A DNA stretch of 64,000 bases. Origin: an uncultured Verrucomicrobiae bacterium (GTDB taxonomy: Bacteria; Verrucomicrobiota; Verrucomicrobiia; Palsa-1439). Below the pieces are notes generated by a model. That model had not been told where the DNA came from. It did not search any database and worked only from the letters and a program-made list of their open reading frames with translations. The translations under genes and the position numbers were made by a program. Below are positions 54,062-64,000 of this stretch, piece after piece; the stretch's first letter is position 1; every line of letters begins with the position of its first letter. The stretch is from the NCBI GenBank assembly GCA_963812605.1, contig CAWEWF010000001.1, positions 608,001 to 672,000 of the forward strand, in the 5' to 3' direction.

Positions 54062-54499
54062 ATGTATTTGAAGGATGTCATGAAGAAAAGAATCGAGGTT
54101 GTGGGTCCCGATACTCTTTTGCGAGAAGCCGCCCGCAGAATGAACGCGGACGGAATTTCTTTGTTTCCCGTGTGTGAGGGTCTGACGATGGTCGGGGTGC
54201 TTACCACGCGTGACATCACCGTGAGGGCGACGGCGCAGGGCTGTGATCCTCGGGTTACCCGCGTGCGCGCGGTAATGATGGCCCCAACGATTTATGGCCA
54301 GGAAAACCAGAACCTTGATGAAGCGGCTGATCTTATGGAGAGATGGTCGCTCTACCGACTACCCGTATTGAATCAAAAGATGGAGTTGGTGGGAATCATT
54401 TCCTTGCGGGATTTGTCTGGAAACGCCCCACCGACGGCACGGCATTCCCCAGTTCACCGACGGAAGCGGATTTTGAAGGAGCACCGCTTGATCAAATAA
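54062..54499 (+). CDS. CBS-domain pair protein
   Basis: KDVM...V.PD..L.EAARRM...PV...[10 protein letters not shown]...AADLM...RLPV...[10 protein letters not shown]. Confidence 0.9.
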   Translation: MYLKDVMKKRIEVVGPDTLLREAARRMNADGISLFPVCEGLTMVGVLTTRDITVRATAQGCDPRVTRVRAVMMAPTIYGQENQNLDEAADLMERWSLYRLPVLNQKMELVGIISLRDLSGNAPPTARHSPVHRRKRILKEHRLIK

Positions 54500-54524
54500 C
54501 ACGCCAACGAAAGGAGATCAGAAT

Positions 54525-54686
54525 ATGTTGTATTGGGCCCTGGTATTTTTCATCATTGCCCTGGTAGCCGGAGTCCTCGGTTTTGGCGGGATCGCGGCGG
54601 CGGCGACGGACATGGCCAGGATTCTGTTTTTCATCTTTCTGGTCATATTTCTCGTGACGCTGATGTTCGGATTGGTGCGGCGTTAA
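54525..54686 (+). CDS. DUF1328 (YtjA-like) small membrane protein (53 aa)
   Basis: Hand translation [53 protein letters not shown]; AAGGAG RBS. Confidence 0.93.
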   Translation: MLYWALVFFIIALVAGVLGFGGIAAAATDMARILFFIFLVIFLVTLMFGLVRR

Positions 54687-54735
54687 CGCCGATTGTGATT
54701 TCAACTCCCGTGCTCCGCGCTTTCGCAATGTGTCC

Positions 54736-54773
54736 TAGGATATGTTCCTGTGGCAGAATAGGAGCACCTTGGA
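54736..54773. promoter_or_regulatory. Tandem operator boxes upstream of the PAS-GAF kinase
   Basis: TAGGATATGTTCCTG (54736) and TAGGAGCACCTTGGA (54759), 23 nt apart. Confidence 0.65.
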
Positions 54774-54836
54774 GACGCACAAACTTGCAAATCCACGAGC
54801 CGTGATTAGGCTTGGTGTGTGCTGGGAGCACTCTCA

Positions 54837-56624
54837 TGACCGGGCGAGTGATTCAACTTAACGAAAAAGAGCAATTCGTATTCATGACGACTCCGAAATC
54901 GAAGTTCTCCGCTTTCGCTTCCATGGGTGGAGAGCGGCGGAACGGAGACCGGCGTGAGGAAGGAGTGGGATTCCGGTGGATCCGTGAAGCTCTTCGCCGG
55001 ACCCCGGAGGCGCTGGAGCCATTGCGGGATGGGAAAGGACTGCACCACTTGCTTTTCGAAAAGGTGCCGCACCCGCGCTTTGTCTGCGATGCCCGGACAC
55101 TGCGGATCCTCGTCGTAAATGAGGCCGCCATCCATCGTTATGGGTATTCACGCGAGGAATTCCTTCGCATGAAGATTACGGACGTTGGCGCGCCGGAATG
55201 TTTTGCTGCTTTCAAAGAATACTGCCGAACAATTCCGTCGTCTCGCTTCGTTGCCGCCGGGCCCGAAGACAGCGTCTTTCGCCATCGGAAGAAGGACGGC
55301 AAATTGATGGACATCGCGGTGGACGCGGCGTTGATTCCCCTGGGCCACCGCCGCATGTTCCTGCTGTTGGCGCAGGACATCACCCGGCAACGGCGTGCGA
55401 TGCAGCGTCTTCGCACGCAAGAGGCCACCACCCGCGCGTTGGCCGAGTCTTCCACACTGGCCGAGGCCGGTCCGAAAGTTTTCCACGCCATTTGCGAGAA
55501 CCTGGGTTGTGACTGGGGCGAGTTGTGGAGAGTGGATTCCACGGCCCAGCGCATGCGTTGTACCCAGACCTGGAATCCGCAAGGTGGAGCGTTGCCGGGA
55601 ATGCAACAATCCATTCGGAATGCGCTCTTTGCCCGGGGTGAGGGAATTGCCGGCGCGATTTGGGCCCGCAACAAGCCGCTCTGGATTGCAGACATCGATC
55701 AACATCCGGAACAGTTCCGTGCCGCGATCATGAAAAAATGCGGATTGCGGACCGTCTGCGCGTTCCCGATCCGGCTAAACAAGGAAGTATTGGGAGTGAT
55801 CAGCATTTTTAAGCGTCAGGTATTGCCTCCCGATAAATATGTACTGAAGATGTTGAAGGACATTTGCAGCCAGATTGGGCAGGTAATGGGTCGGCGCCGC
55901 GCCGAACGCCGTTTGTTGCAGGTCACCGAGGACGAACAGCAGCGGATCGGGCAGGATCTACATGACGGCTTGTGCCAGCAACTGGCCGGCATTGCCTACA
56001 TCGCGAGCACCTTGGAAAACGAGCTTGTCCAGGAATCTCCCACCCGAGCTGTGACGGCGGCGCGAATTGCCGAATTGTCCCGGGAAACCGCGATCCAGGC
56101 GCGCCAAATTGCGCGCGGGCTCAACCCGGTGAACCTGGGCACGACGGGCCTGATGGCGGCATTAAAGGAATTGGCCGGTTCCATACGGTCCTTGTTCTCC
56201 ATTTCCTGCCCGGTTCGAATGTCCTCGTCGGGTCCTTGTGCCGGATCATGAAACGGCCGTGCATCTTTATCGGATTACGCAAGAAGCGATTCACAACGGG
56301 ATTGCTCATGGCAAGGCAACCGAGATCGTTGTCTCTCTGCGGCGGGAGCCCGGCAAGATCGTCCTCCGGGTTACGGACAACGGCCGCGGCCTTCCCAGGA
56401 CGACGACGAACAGTGACGGAATGGGTTTCGAGAACATGAACTATCGCGCACGAGCCATTGGCGCGCGCCTGCATTTCCAGGCCCGCCCGCGGGGCGGGAC
56501 GGTCATGCTTTGTGAAGTGCCAAACCAAATGGGAGGTCAAGATGAAGAGCGAACGCGTAAAACAGCCAGAGGTCGGAGCCAAGCAGCAAATTCTCCTGGT
56601 GGACGATCACCCGGTGGTTTGTGA
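54837..56624 (+). CDS. PAS-GAF-HisKA_3 sensor kinase, frameshift at ~56210-56240
   Basis: VNEAAI.RYGYSREEF, HRKKDG (PAS); GEGIAG.IW, AFPI (GAF); DLHDGLCQ; second frame HLYRITQEAIHNG, DNGRG. Confidence 0.88.
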
Positions 56625-57333
56625 AGGGTTGATGCAACGGATCAACGCCGAACCGGACCTGGAGGTTTGTGGCCGGGCGCACGACGGTCATTCCGCGCTG
56701 GATGCCATTGAGAAACTGCGTCCGAATATCGCCGTGGTCGACATCGCCCTGGGTGCCGGCAGCGGTGTAGAATTGATCAAGGACATCAAGGTGCGTTATC
56801 CGCATCTGCCGGCCCTCGTGCTCTCGATGCACGCCGAGGAACTTTACGCCGAACGGAGCCTGCACGCGGGCGCCAAGGGTTATGTCATGAAACAGGAAGA
56901 GACTTCTGTTCTCCTGCGAGCGATTCGCCAGGTACTGCGCGGCGAGGTCTATCTCAGCGAGAAGGTCAAAGACGGGATCGTCAGGCGGCTCGGGGGCATT
57001 GTTCCGGATGGTCAGGTGATCTCGCTCATCAAACAATTGAGCGATCGTGAATTGGAAGTCTTCCAGTTGATCGGGGATGGTTTTGCCACCCATGAAATCG
57101 CGGTCCGTCTCCACATCAGCATGAAGACCATTGCTTCGCATCGCGAGAACATCAAGCGCAAGCTGAATCTACGCGACGGTGAACAACTGGCTCGCTTTGC
57201 GATTCACTGGTTGCGGTACCGCGATGCCGGTCCGAACGCCGCGGCTTCGGTCGTCGCGCCGCCGCTGCAACCGAAACCGATCTCCCGCGTGAAATCGACC
57301 GCGCATCGCAAAACTGTTTCCGCAGGCCGGTAA
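56542..57333 (+). CDS. NarL/FixJ-family response regulator
   Basis: LLVDDHP, VDIAL, LSMH, GYVMK, LSDRELEVF. Confidence 0.93.
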   Translation: MKSERVKQPEVGAKQQILLVDDHPVVCEGLMQRINAEPDLEVCGRAHDGHSALDAIEKLRPNIAVVDIALGAGSGVELIKDIKVRYPHLPALVLSMHAEELYAERSLHAGAKGYVMKQEETSVLLRAIRQVLRGEVYLSEKVKDGIVRRLGGIVPDGQVISLIKQLSDRELEVFQLIGDGFATHEIAVRLHISMKTIASHRENIKRKLNLRDGEQLARFAIHWLRYRDAGPNAAASVVAPPLQPKPISRVKSTAHRKTVSAGR

Positions 57334-57746
57334 GAGCCGACTCGCAACGCGTTTTTCCAAAGAAGGAATGCCACATCCCTCGGCCGGGAAAGGCGAGGGA
57401 GTGCATCGGCCGACAGCCATGCTTGAAGGCACAATGCTTTTCGAGAAGCCGGGAGGTGAGGTTCCCGGGTTGTTTGGGGGGTGGGGTGCATTGTCGCGGT
57501 CAAGGGTGAGGAGGACTGCCGCCGATGCCACTGCGAGGGGAACAGTCTGGCGCGAGAAGTTGGAGGCGTTGCCGCCATCCGGCTGCCGCAACGTTCCGGA
57601 GTCACCCCGTTGGTACAACCCCTTCCCCAGCACACTACAGCGCGAACCTTCTCGCGCCAGACTGGCTTAATTATTTCGCCACGAGAAACGCCATCTGAAA
57701 ATATATTCATTCGATTACTGATCGCGATCCTCTCTGCGATGTCGCC

Positions 57747-57814
57747 AGTCTGCGACAGAAGCCCGCTTCCGGCAATTGGGCGCAAGACCGATTCTCGGGT
57801 AGGAAAAGCTCCTG
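57747..57814 (-). promoter_or_regulatory. Operator box plus sigma70 promoter with no annotated target
   Basis: TAGGAAAAGCTCCTG (57800); on the minus strand 24 nt to TTGCCG, 17 nt, CAGACT. Confidence 0.6.
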
Positions 57815-58290
57815 CCAATGCGACGCAGAATCTGGTAAACGAAGGTCGGGCTATCCCCATCGCGGCATCGAAACCATCAGCTGTTTACCTCCTACCGGCT
57901 GGCGCCGCGAAGGAATGCGTCTCACAACGGCCTTCCGAAGATCATTGGGAACGCACACTCGCGCCTCTCAGAGGCATTTCTCTCCGTTTTCCTGGAGAAA
58001 TCGCTGACCATTGAGCTTCCTATCAAGCAGTGTTAGCGTATATTCCAGATGCTACGATAGAGTATTATGAGATGCGAATTAATGCGTGGAAAGATCATCA
58101 CGGCTTTGTTGAGCGTGTGCTGTTTCGCCGGCGCCAATGAACTGAATCAAGGGATCCACGCGACGGTTTACCACCATCCACCCTTTTTTGGGAAAACCAT
58201 TGGTCACAAGAGTGGCCTGGGCTAGCGGGAATCAGATTGGCGGTGAGGAGTATGCCTCTGGAGCGCTCCTCGTCAATCGAATTGGCGATT

Positions 58291-59314
58291 ATGAGGTTAA
58301 TCCAAGCTCTTGAGCAGCGATCGCGACAGTTTTTTGTGCTCGCGTGCCTGGGTGTTCTGACGCTGGTCGGATTGGTCGATTACCTGACTGGATTTGAAGT
58401 TTCTTTTTCTGTTTTCTATCTGTTGGGAATCGGATTGGCTGTCTGGTTTGTCAGCAAGGGGTTTGGTTTGTTGCTGTCCATCCTGAGCGTGGCCGTTTGG
58501 CTGGTAGGCGACATTGCGGCTGGCGCACATTATTCCAGTCCATTTATTCCTGTCTGGAACGTAGCAGTTGTAACAGCCTTTTACTTCATCGTAGTCTGGC
58601 TTCTGGCCAGATTGCGTTCGCTTCAGAAGGAACTGGAGAATCGAGTTCAGCAGCGAACAATTGCTCTGACTCAGGAGATGACCGAGCGGGAACGTTTGGA
58701 AAAGGAGATCCTCAATGTCGTGGAACGCGAACAACAGCGGATCGGGCACGATTTGCACGACAGCCTGGGTCAGCATCTTACCGCGGCGGCATTGGCCGGC
58801 AAGGTATTGTCGGATCAACTGGCGGACCAACCGGTTCCTGCGGCGGCGGCCCGTCGGGTCGTGGCGCTTGTCGAAGACGGCATTGCGCTCACGCGCACCC
58901 TGGCACGTGGGCTGACCCCTGTGGAGTTGGCGGCGGATGGGCTAATGGAAGCCTTTGAGGAATTATCAGACAGCACTTCCGAGCGGTTTCGTGTCGAGTG
59001 CCGATTTGAGTGCGACGTGCCGGTGCTGATTCCCGAAGCGGTGACGGCGACACACCTCTACCGCATTGCGCAGGAGGCGATCAACAACGCCATCAAGCAT
59101 GGTCAATCCAAACACATCATCATGCAGCTCGCCAAGACCGAAGCCGGCGCGGTGTTGGAGATACTCGACGACGGCGCGGGCCTGCCAGACCCGTTGCCCG
59201 CGCAACACGGAATGGGGTTGCGGATCATGGCCCATCGCGCCACCATGATCGGCGGGGCTCTCACGGTGCGCCGGGGCCGGGGGCGGCACGGTTGTCACCT
59301 GCACGGTGCCATGA
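58291..59314 (+). CDS. Membrane-bound HisKA_3 sensor kinase (frameshift near 59275)
   Basis: Four TM helices, DLHDSLGQ, HLYRIAQEAINNAIKH, DDGAG; the natural end GTVVTCTVP* lies in an alternate frame. Confidence 0.85.
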
Positions 59315-59967
59315 ACCAGAAACGCGTCTTTCTTGTGGATGATCACCCATTGGTGCGGGAGTGGTTGACGACTCACTTGCGCCAGCAGAGCGATCTCGCC
59401 GTTTGCGGAGAAGCCGAAGATGCGCCGCGTGCGCTCCAAGGAATTCTCGCACTGAAACCTGACGTGGTGATTCTGGACATTTCCATGTCGGGCCGGTCTG
59501 GCATCGACTTGATCAAGGACCTGAAACGGTTGCAGCCGAACGCGGGGGTGATTGTGCTGTCAATGCATGATGAAATGACACACGCGGAACGGGCTCTCCG
59601 CGCCGGTGCCCGCGCCTACATCATGAAGCGGGAGGCGACCGACAAAATCGTCACCGCCATCCGCCAGGTGCTGGCCGGGAAACTATACGTCAGCGAACGC
59701 GTCCAAGCGCGGCTCGCGGAGAAGTTTGTTGGCGCCATGCCACCCGCCAGCCAGTCGCCGGTAAACCTTCTTAGCGACCGCGAGTTGGAAGTGTTCCAGC
59801 TCCTTGGTCAGGGCCGCGACACCAAACAGATCGCGGAGGAATTACAGGTCAGCTTCAAGACCGTTCACGCCTTCTGCGCCCGCATCAAAGAGAAGCTCGG
59901 TCTCACCAAAGCCACCGAACTGCTTCGCGAGGCCGTTCGCTGGGAAGAACAGCGCGAACGCATGTAG
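59311..59967 (+). CDS. NarL/FixJ-family response regulator
   Basis: MNQKRVFLVDDHP, LDISM, LSMH, YIMK, LSDRELEVF; ATGA coupling to the kinase. Confidence 0.9.
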   Translation: MNQKRVFLVDDHPLVREWLTTHLRQQSDLAVCGEAEDAPRALQGILALKPDVVILDISMSGRSGIDLIKDLKRLQPNAGVIVLSMHDEMTHAERALRAGARAYIMKREATDKIVTAIRQVLAGKLYVSERVQARLAEKFVGAMPPASQSPVNLLSDRELEVFQLLGQGRDTKQIAEELQVSFKTVHAFCARIKEKLGLTKATELLREAVRWEEQRERM

Positions 59968-60002
59968 GATTGGTTCGTACAGAAGTCCTGGAACGCGTCC
60001 TA
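59965..60002. promoter_or_regulatory. Tandem operator boxes upstream of the RND operon
   Basis: TAGGATTGGTTCGTA (59965) and CTGGAACGCGTCCTA (59988), 23 nt apart. Confidence 0.55.
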
Positions 60003-60036
60003 CAGACAAGCAGCCGAGGCACGCCTACGCTCATGC

Positions 60037-61335
60037 GTGGTGAAAACCCCGGTTGCGATACTTCTTTTGCTAACAACCATCGCGCGTGCCGATACCAACA
60101 CGCTGACTCTCGCCGAAGCCAAGCGGCTCGCCATCGAGCGCAACTGGGATTTGCTGGCAGCCAAGAGTGGTATTAACGCCGCGTTAGCGCAGCTAATCGT
60201 CGCCAAGGAGTTCCCCAACCCCACCACTTCACTGTCCACAGCAAAAATAGGCACACACGATACGGCCACATCCCTGGGCAACGGCCTTTGGGAACGCAAT
60301 TACGATACGATTGTCGCCATCAGCCAACTCATTGAGATTGGCGGCAAACGCAGTGACCGCCAGGAGGCGGGTCGGGTTGGGGTGATGGGATCACGGGCCC
60401 GTTTCCTTGATGCGAAGCGTACGTTGGATCAAGGCATCACCAAGGCCTACGCGGCGGCATTGCTTGCCAACGAGAACGCACAAATACTCAACGATTCCGC
60501 CGGCTACATGCGTCGCGAGGCGGAAATCGGGATGGCCAGGTTCAAGGCGGGCGACCTTTCTGAGGCGGACTTTAAACAGATTCTCATTGCCGTCGAGCAA
60601 TTCGAATTGCAGGCCAAAGCGGCTGAGGCGACGGCGGTTCAAGCCCGGATTTCAGTTGAGATTCTCATGGGCATAAATCAGCCGAAGGGTGTCTGGACTC
60701 CTGCGGATAACCTTGAACAGATGGGCGTGGTTTCTCCACCGGCAACCGAAGCGAAGCCGGGCGCAGAGCGTCCGGATGTGTTGGCGGCTGGCACAGACCT
60801 TCGGGCGGCCCAGGCACAACTCAAATTGCAAAAGGCCATGCGGATTCCAGACCCGACCTTTTCGGTGGGATACGAACACGAGCCTCCCGGCGGCGGGCCT
60901 CCTGTGGATACGTTCAACATCGGCGTTTCGTTTCCGCTGCCTCTCTGGAATCGAAACGGCGGCAATATCAAAGCGGCGGCGGCGGCGGTGGACCAGTCAG
61001 CGCTGGCGGTCGCCAAGATCAAGGCGCAGGCGGTTTCCGATCTTGCCAACGCTGAAGTCGCTTACCAGGAGGCTTCCAAACGATTGGAGCGTTACCAGGA
61101 CGAGATTCGTCCACAGTCCGCGAAGGTTCGCGAGTCGGTGGCCTTTGCGTTCGAAAAGGGCGGGGCCAGTTTGGTGGATTTGCTGGAGGCCGAACGCACG
61201 GACAACGACGTTCGGATCGCCACCGCGCAAGCCATGTCGGACACGGCCAGTGCGGTGGCCGATCTGATCGCGGCGCGGAATGTCATATCCGAAAATACGT
61301 TCGCCGACGAGGAACCGGGAAGGAAGAAACCATGA
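60037..61335 (+). CDS. TolC/CzcC-family outer-membrane factor
   Basis: LTLAEA...AIERN.DL, FPNP, IEIGGKR, PLPLWNRNGG, G.ASLVDLLEA. Confidence 0.9.
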   Translation: MVKTPVAILLLLTTIARADTNTLTLAEAKRLAIERNWDLLAAKSGINAALAQLIVAKEFPNPTTSLSTAKIGTHDTATSLGNGLWERNYDTIVAISQLIEIGGKRSDRQEAGRVGVMGSRARFLDAKRTLDQGITKAYAAALLANENAQILNDSAGYMRREAEIGMARFKAGDLSEADFKQILIAVEQFELQAKAAEATAVQARISVEILMGINQPKGVWTPADNLEQMGVVSPPATEAKPGAERPDVLAAGTDLRAAQAQLKLQKAMRIPDPTFSVGYEHEPPGGGPPVDTFNIGVSFPLPLWNRNGGNIKAAAAAVDQSALAVAKIKAQAVSDLANAEVAYQEASKRLERYQDEIRPQSAKVRESVAFAFEKGGASLVDLLEAERTDNDVRIATAQAMSDTASAVADLIAARNVISENTFADEEPGRKKP

Positions 61336-62438
61336 AGATAACGACCGCGCTTGTTTTGGTGGTGTTGATCTTTGACGGCTGTCGCAAGGCGCAAGAATCT
61401 ACCGAGCCGCTCTCTCCCGTCGTGGAACATGAGGACGTCAGCCTTATTAAAGTGGACCACCCGGAACAGTTCCCGGTCGCTACCGCTGTGGAACACAAGG
61501 CGGAAAGAACTTTGACCGTGACCGGAGTGGTGGCCCCCGACGTGGCGCGAACGGTGCCGGTGATCTCACTGGCCTCCGGCCGAGTGGTGGAAATTCGCGC
61601 GCGGTTGGGGGATGAAGTCAAGAAGGGCCAACTGTTGTTGAGGATTCAGAGCAGCGATGTTTCAGGAGCGTTTTCAGGGTACCGAAAGGCCGTCAATGAC
61701 GAACGGTTGGCTCGGACACAGTTAGAGCGGGCGCAGGCCCTCTATGAACACAGTGCCCTCGCCCAAAAAGACCTCCAAACTGCGGAAAACGCGGAACAGG
61801 ATGCCCAGGTCGACTTGGACACCACGACCGAGCAATTGCGGTTGCTCGGCGTGGACAAGGAACATCCGACAGGAATCGTTGATGTCGTTGCTCCGATAAC
61901 CGGCATCATTACCGATCAACAAATTGTCAACGCGGGCGGCGTCCAGGGCTTGTCTGGTCCCAACACTTTCACGATCTCTGACCTTTCCCAAGTCTGGATT
62001 GTCTGCAACGTCTACGAGAACGATTTGCCTGCCGTTCACGTGGGCCAACGGGCCGACATTCATCTGAATGCCTATCCGAAGGAAGCGCTCCAGGGCAAAA
62101 TCGGCGACATCGAACCCATACTCGACCCCAATCTCCGAACAACAAAGGTGCGGATCGAGGTAACAAACCCGGGATTCTTGCGTATCGGCATGTTTGTCAC
62201 CGCAACGTTCCATGGCGAGGAACAGGAAACCCACGCCGCCCTACCGGCCACGGCGGTGCTGCATCTCCACGACCGTGACTGGGTATATGTGTCGGTGGGC
62301 GGCGGGCGGTTCCGTCGCACAGAAGTCGTTGGGGGAGAAATGCTGCCCGGCAATCTGCAGGAAATCGTCTCCGGCATACAACCGGGTCAGGCCGTCGCGT
62401 CCAATGCGCTGGAATTGCAAAACACCGCGGAGCAATAA
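61332..62438 (+). CDS. CzcB/CusB-family membrane fusion protein
   Basis: SGRVVEI...LGDEVKKGQLL, APITG, ISDLSQVWI..NVYENDL, LRIGMFV. Confidence 0.9.
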   Translation: MKITTALVLVVLIFDGCRKAQESTEPLSPVVEHEDVSLIKVDHPEQFPVATAVEHKAERTLTVTGVVAPDVARTVPVISLASGRVVEIRARLGDEVKKGQLLLRIQSSDVSGAFSGYRKAVNDERLARTQLERAQALYEHSALAQKDLQTAENAEQDAQVDLDTTTEQLRLLGVDKEHPTGIVDVVAPITGIITDQQIVNAGGVQGLSGPNTFTISDLSQVWIVCNVYENDLPAVHVGQRADIHLNAYPKEALQGKIGDIEPILDPNLRTTKVRIEVTNPGFLRIGMFVTATFHGEEQETHAALPATAVLHLHDRDWVYVSVGGGRFRRTEVVGGEMLPGNLQEIVSGIQPGQAVASNALELQNTAEQ

Positions 62439-64000
62439 ATGATTCGTCGCGTCGTTGATTTTGCCCTGAACAAACCCCTGTTCATAGTGGCTTTTGCGGT
62501 TCTACTTGTGGCGTGGGGTGTCGTCGCATTCCACGTTCTTCCCATCGATGCCTATCCCGACGTGGCTGACGATTACGTGGAGATCATCACGCAATGGCCA
62601 GGCATCTCAGCCGAACAAATCGAACAACAGGTGACGATTCCACTGGAAAACGCGATGAACGGCATCCCGCACGTGGTCCACCTGCGTTCGTTCTCGCTCT
62701 TCGGACTGTCCGATTTGAAGCTGATTTTCGACGACGAATCCGACAACAATTGGAACCGAGAGCGAGTCCTCGAACGACTTGGACAGGTGACTCTGCCGTC
62801 CGGTGTGGTGCCACAGATGGGCACGGATTGGAGTCCGGCCGGCCAGATCTACTTCTTCACCCTCTACAATTCGAATCCAAATTATGACGCCATGGAATTG
62901 AAGTCTCTGGAAGACTGGGTCGTCGAAAAAAATTTCAAGGCGGTAGCGGATGTCGTGGACATTGCCAGTTTCGGTGGCCCGACGCGGGAATACCAGGTGC
63001 GCGTAGATCCGGACAAACTGGTTTCCTACGGTCTGAGTCTGAGCCAAGTCGAACAACAATTGGCCAACAATAATGCGAACGCGGGCGGCAGCTTCATCCA
63101 GGCAGGTCTGCAGCAGATCAATATTCGCGAAGTCGGCCTGGTCAGGAACGTGCAGGACATCGAAAACACGGTCATTCTGACCAAGAATGGCACGCCGCTC
63201 CACGTGAAGGACATTGCGGTGGTCTCGCAAGGTCCCAGGATTAGGCTGGGCAAGTTTGCCAGAGCCATCCGTCGCGAGGACGGGAAAATTATCGACAATG
63301 ACGATGTAATTTCGGCGTGGGTGCCAATGCGGAAAGGCGCCGACGCGGAGACGGTTCTCAAAGGCATCCATAAGAAAGTGGAGGAACTGAACAATCATAT
63401 TTTGCCGCCCGGGGTGAAGGTCGTTCCGTTCATTGACCGCAGCGATCTCATCCGATTTACAACCCACACTGTCCTGCACAACCTCACCGAAGGCTTCATT
63501 CTGGTAACAATCGTTCTGCTCCTCTTTCTGGGTAACATCCGGGGCGCCCTCATCGTCGCCGTGACCATTCCCTTCTCCCTGTTGTTTGCCTCAATCTTCT
63601 TAAACGTGTGTCACATCCCCGCCAACCTTCTCTCACTCGGGGCCCTCGATTTCGGCATGGTTGTGGACGGGGCCGTTGTGATGGTGGAGAATATTGTTCG
63701 CCACATTGGCCACGACCACGCGAAAAAGTCAGTGGCGCAGAAAATCCGGGCGGCTGCGCACGAGGTCCAGAGGCCGGTGTTTTATGCCATTACAATCATT
63801 ATCACCGCCTATCTCCCGATCTTCACGCTGCAGCGAGTAGAGGGCCGTCTCTTTCGTCCGATGGCCTGGACGGTGACGTTCGCTCTCTTGGGCGCGGTGG
63901 TCTTCTCGATGACGCTGGCGCCGGTCCTGGCCGGCCTGCTGTTCCGCAAGGAGATCCGCGAGCGGCACAATCCCGTGCTCGGCTGGTTGACGGAACGCTA
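62439..64000 (+). CDS. CusA/CzcA-family heavy-metal RND transporter, 3' truncated by the window
   Basis: Hand translation MIRRVVDFAL...LPIDAYPDV...ITQWPG...EQQVTIPLE; later PANLLSLGALDFGMVVDGAVVMVENI, EGRLFRPMA. Open at the window end. Confidence 0.92.
   Translation, partial: MIRRVVDFALNKPLFIVAFAVLLVAWGVVAFHVLPIDAYPDVADDYVEIITQWPGISAEQIEQQVTIPLENAMNGIPHVVHLRSFSLFGLSDLKLIFDDESDNNWNRERVLERLGQVTLPSGVVPQMGTDWSPAGQIYFFTLYNSNPNYDAMELKSLEDWVVEKNFKAVADVVDIASFGGPTREYQVRVDPDKLVSYGLSLSQVEQQLANNNANAGGSFIQAGLQQINIREVGLVRNVQDIENTVILTKNGTPLHVKDIAVVSQGPRIRLGKFARAIRREDGKIIDNDDVISAWVPMRKGADAETVLKGIHKKVEELNNHILPPGVKVVPFIDRSDLIRFTTHTVLHNLTEGFILVTIVLLLFLGNIRGALIVAVTIPFSLLFASIFLNVCHIPANLLSLGALDFGMVVDGAVVMVENIVRHIGHDHAKKSVAQKIRAAAHEVQRPVFYAITIIITAYLPIFTLQRVEGRLFRPMAWTVTFALLGAVVFSMTLAPVLAGLLFRKEIRERHNPVLGWLTER

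Noticed and set aside
58237-59967. 576-aa kinase-receiver-HTH 'one-component' fusion in the ORF track
   Set aside because: The junction RRGRGRHGCHLHGA is out of frame. The canonical end GTVVTCTVP* lies in another frame with an ATGA overlap at 59311-59314, so an indel in the GC run near 59275 explains the fusion.

Overview
This is a GC-rich bacterial window, most consistent with Verrucomicrobiota (inferred from the gene repertoire; not verifiable here). Scattered 1-bp frameshifts, including in core genes (fba, zwf), point to uncorrected long-read data. The first ~24.5 kb is mostly housekeeping: a Pur-repeat protein, a HEAT lipoprotein, ispB, an ECF sigma/anti-sigma/HtrA-like operon, a MacAB-like pair, fba, a VOC protein, an LMW-phosphatase-RpiB-GlyA triple fusion, an S41-like protein, purD, opcA-zwf, a small HNH/REP islet, LacI, a GT-C glycosyltransferase and a PQQ-like propeller. 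From ~24.6 to 60 kb lies a stress-response island. It holds five HisKA_3 kinases with different sensor modules and four NarL-family regulators. It also holds classic general-stress genes (BON, CsbD, DUF1328, DUF3309, YtxG/YtxH-like, Dps, CBS, AI-2E, cyclic beta-1,2-glucan synthase) and paralogous ACT-domain and OB-fold proteins. A CzcCBA-type RND operon follows. Two signals are invisible to the ORF track. (1) A palindromic operator, TAGGA-N5-TCCTA, recurs in nearly every intergenic region of the island, in 22-24 bp tandem phase and 24 nt upstream of sigma70-like -35 hexamers, defining a candidate NarL-driven general-stress regulon. (2) A 1.7-kb almost C-free tract after a 41-G run decodes, once cytosines are restored, into a MEDS-HisKA_3-HATPase_c kinase gene; this is most likely a basecalling artefact, possibly hypermutation.
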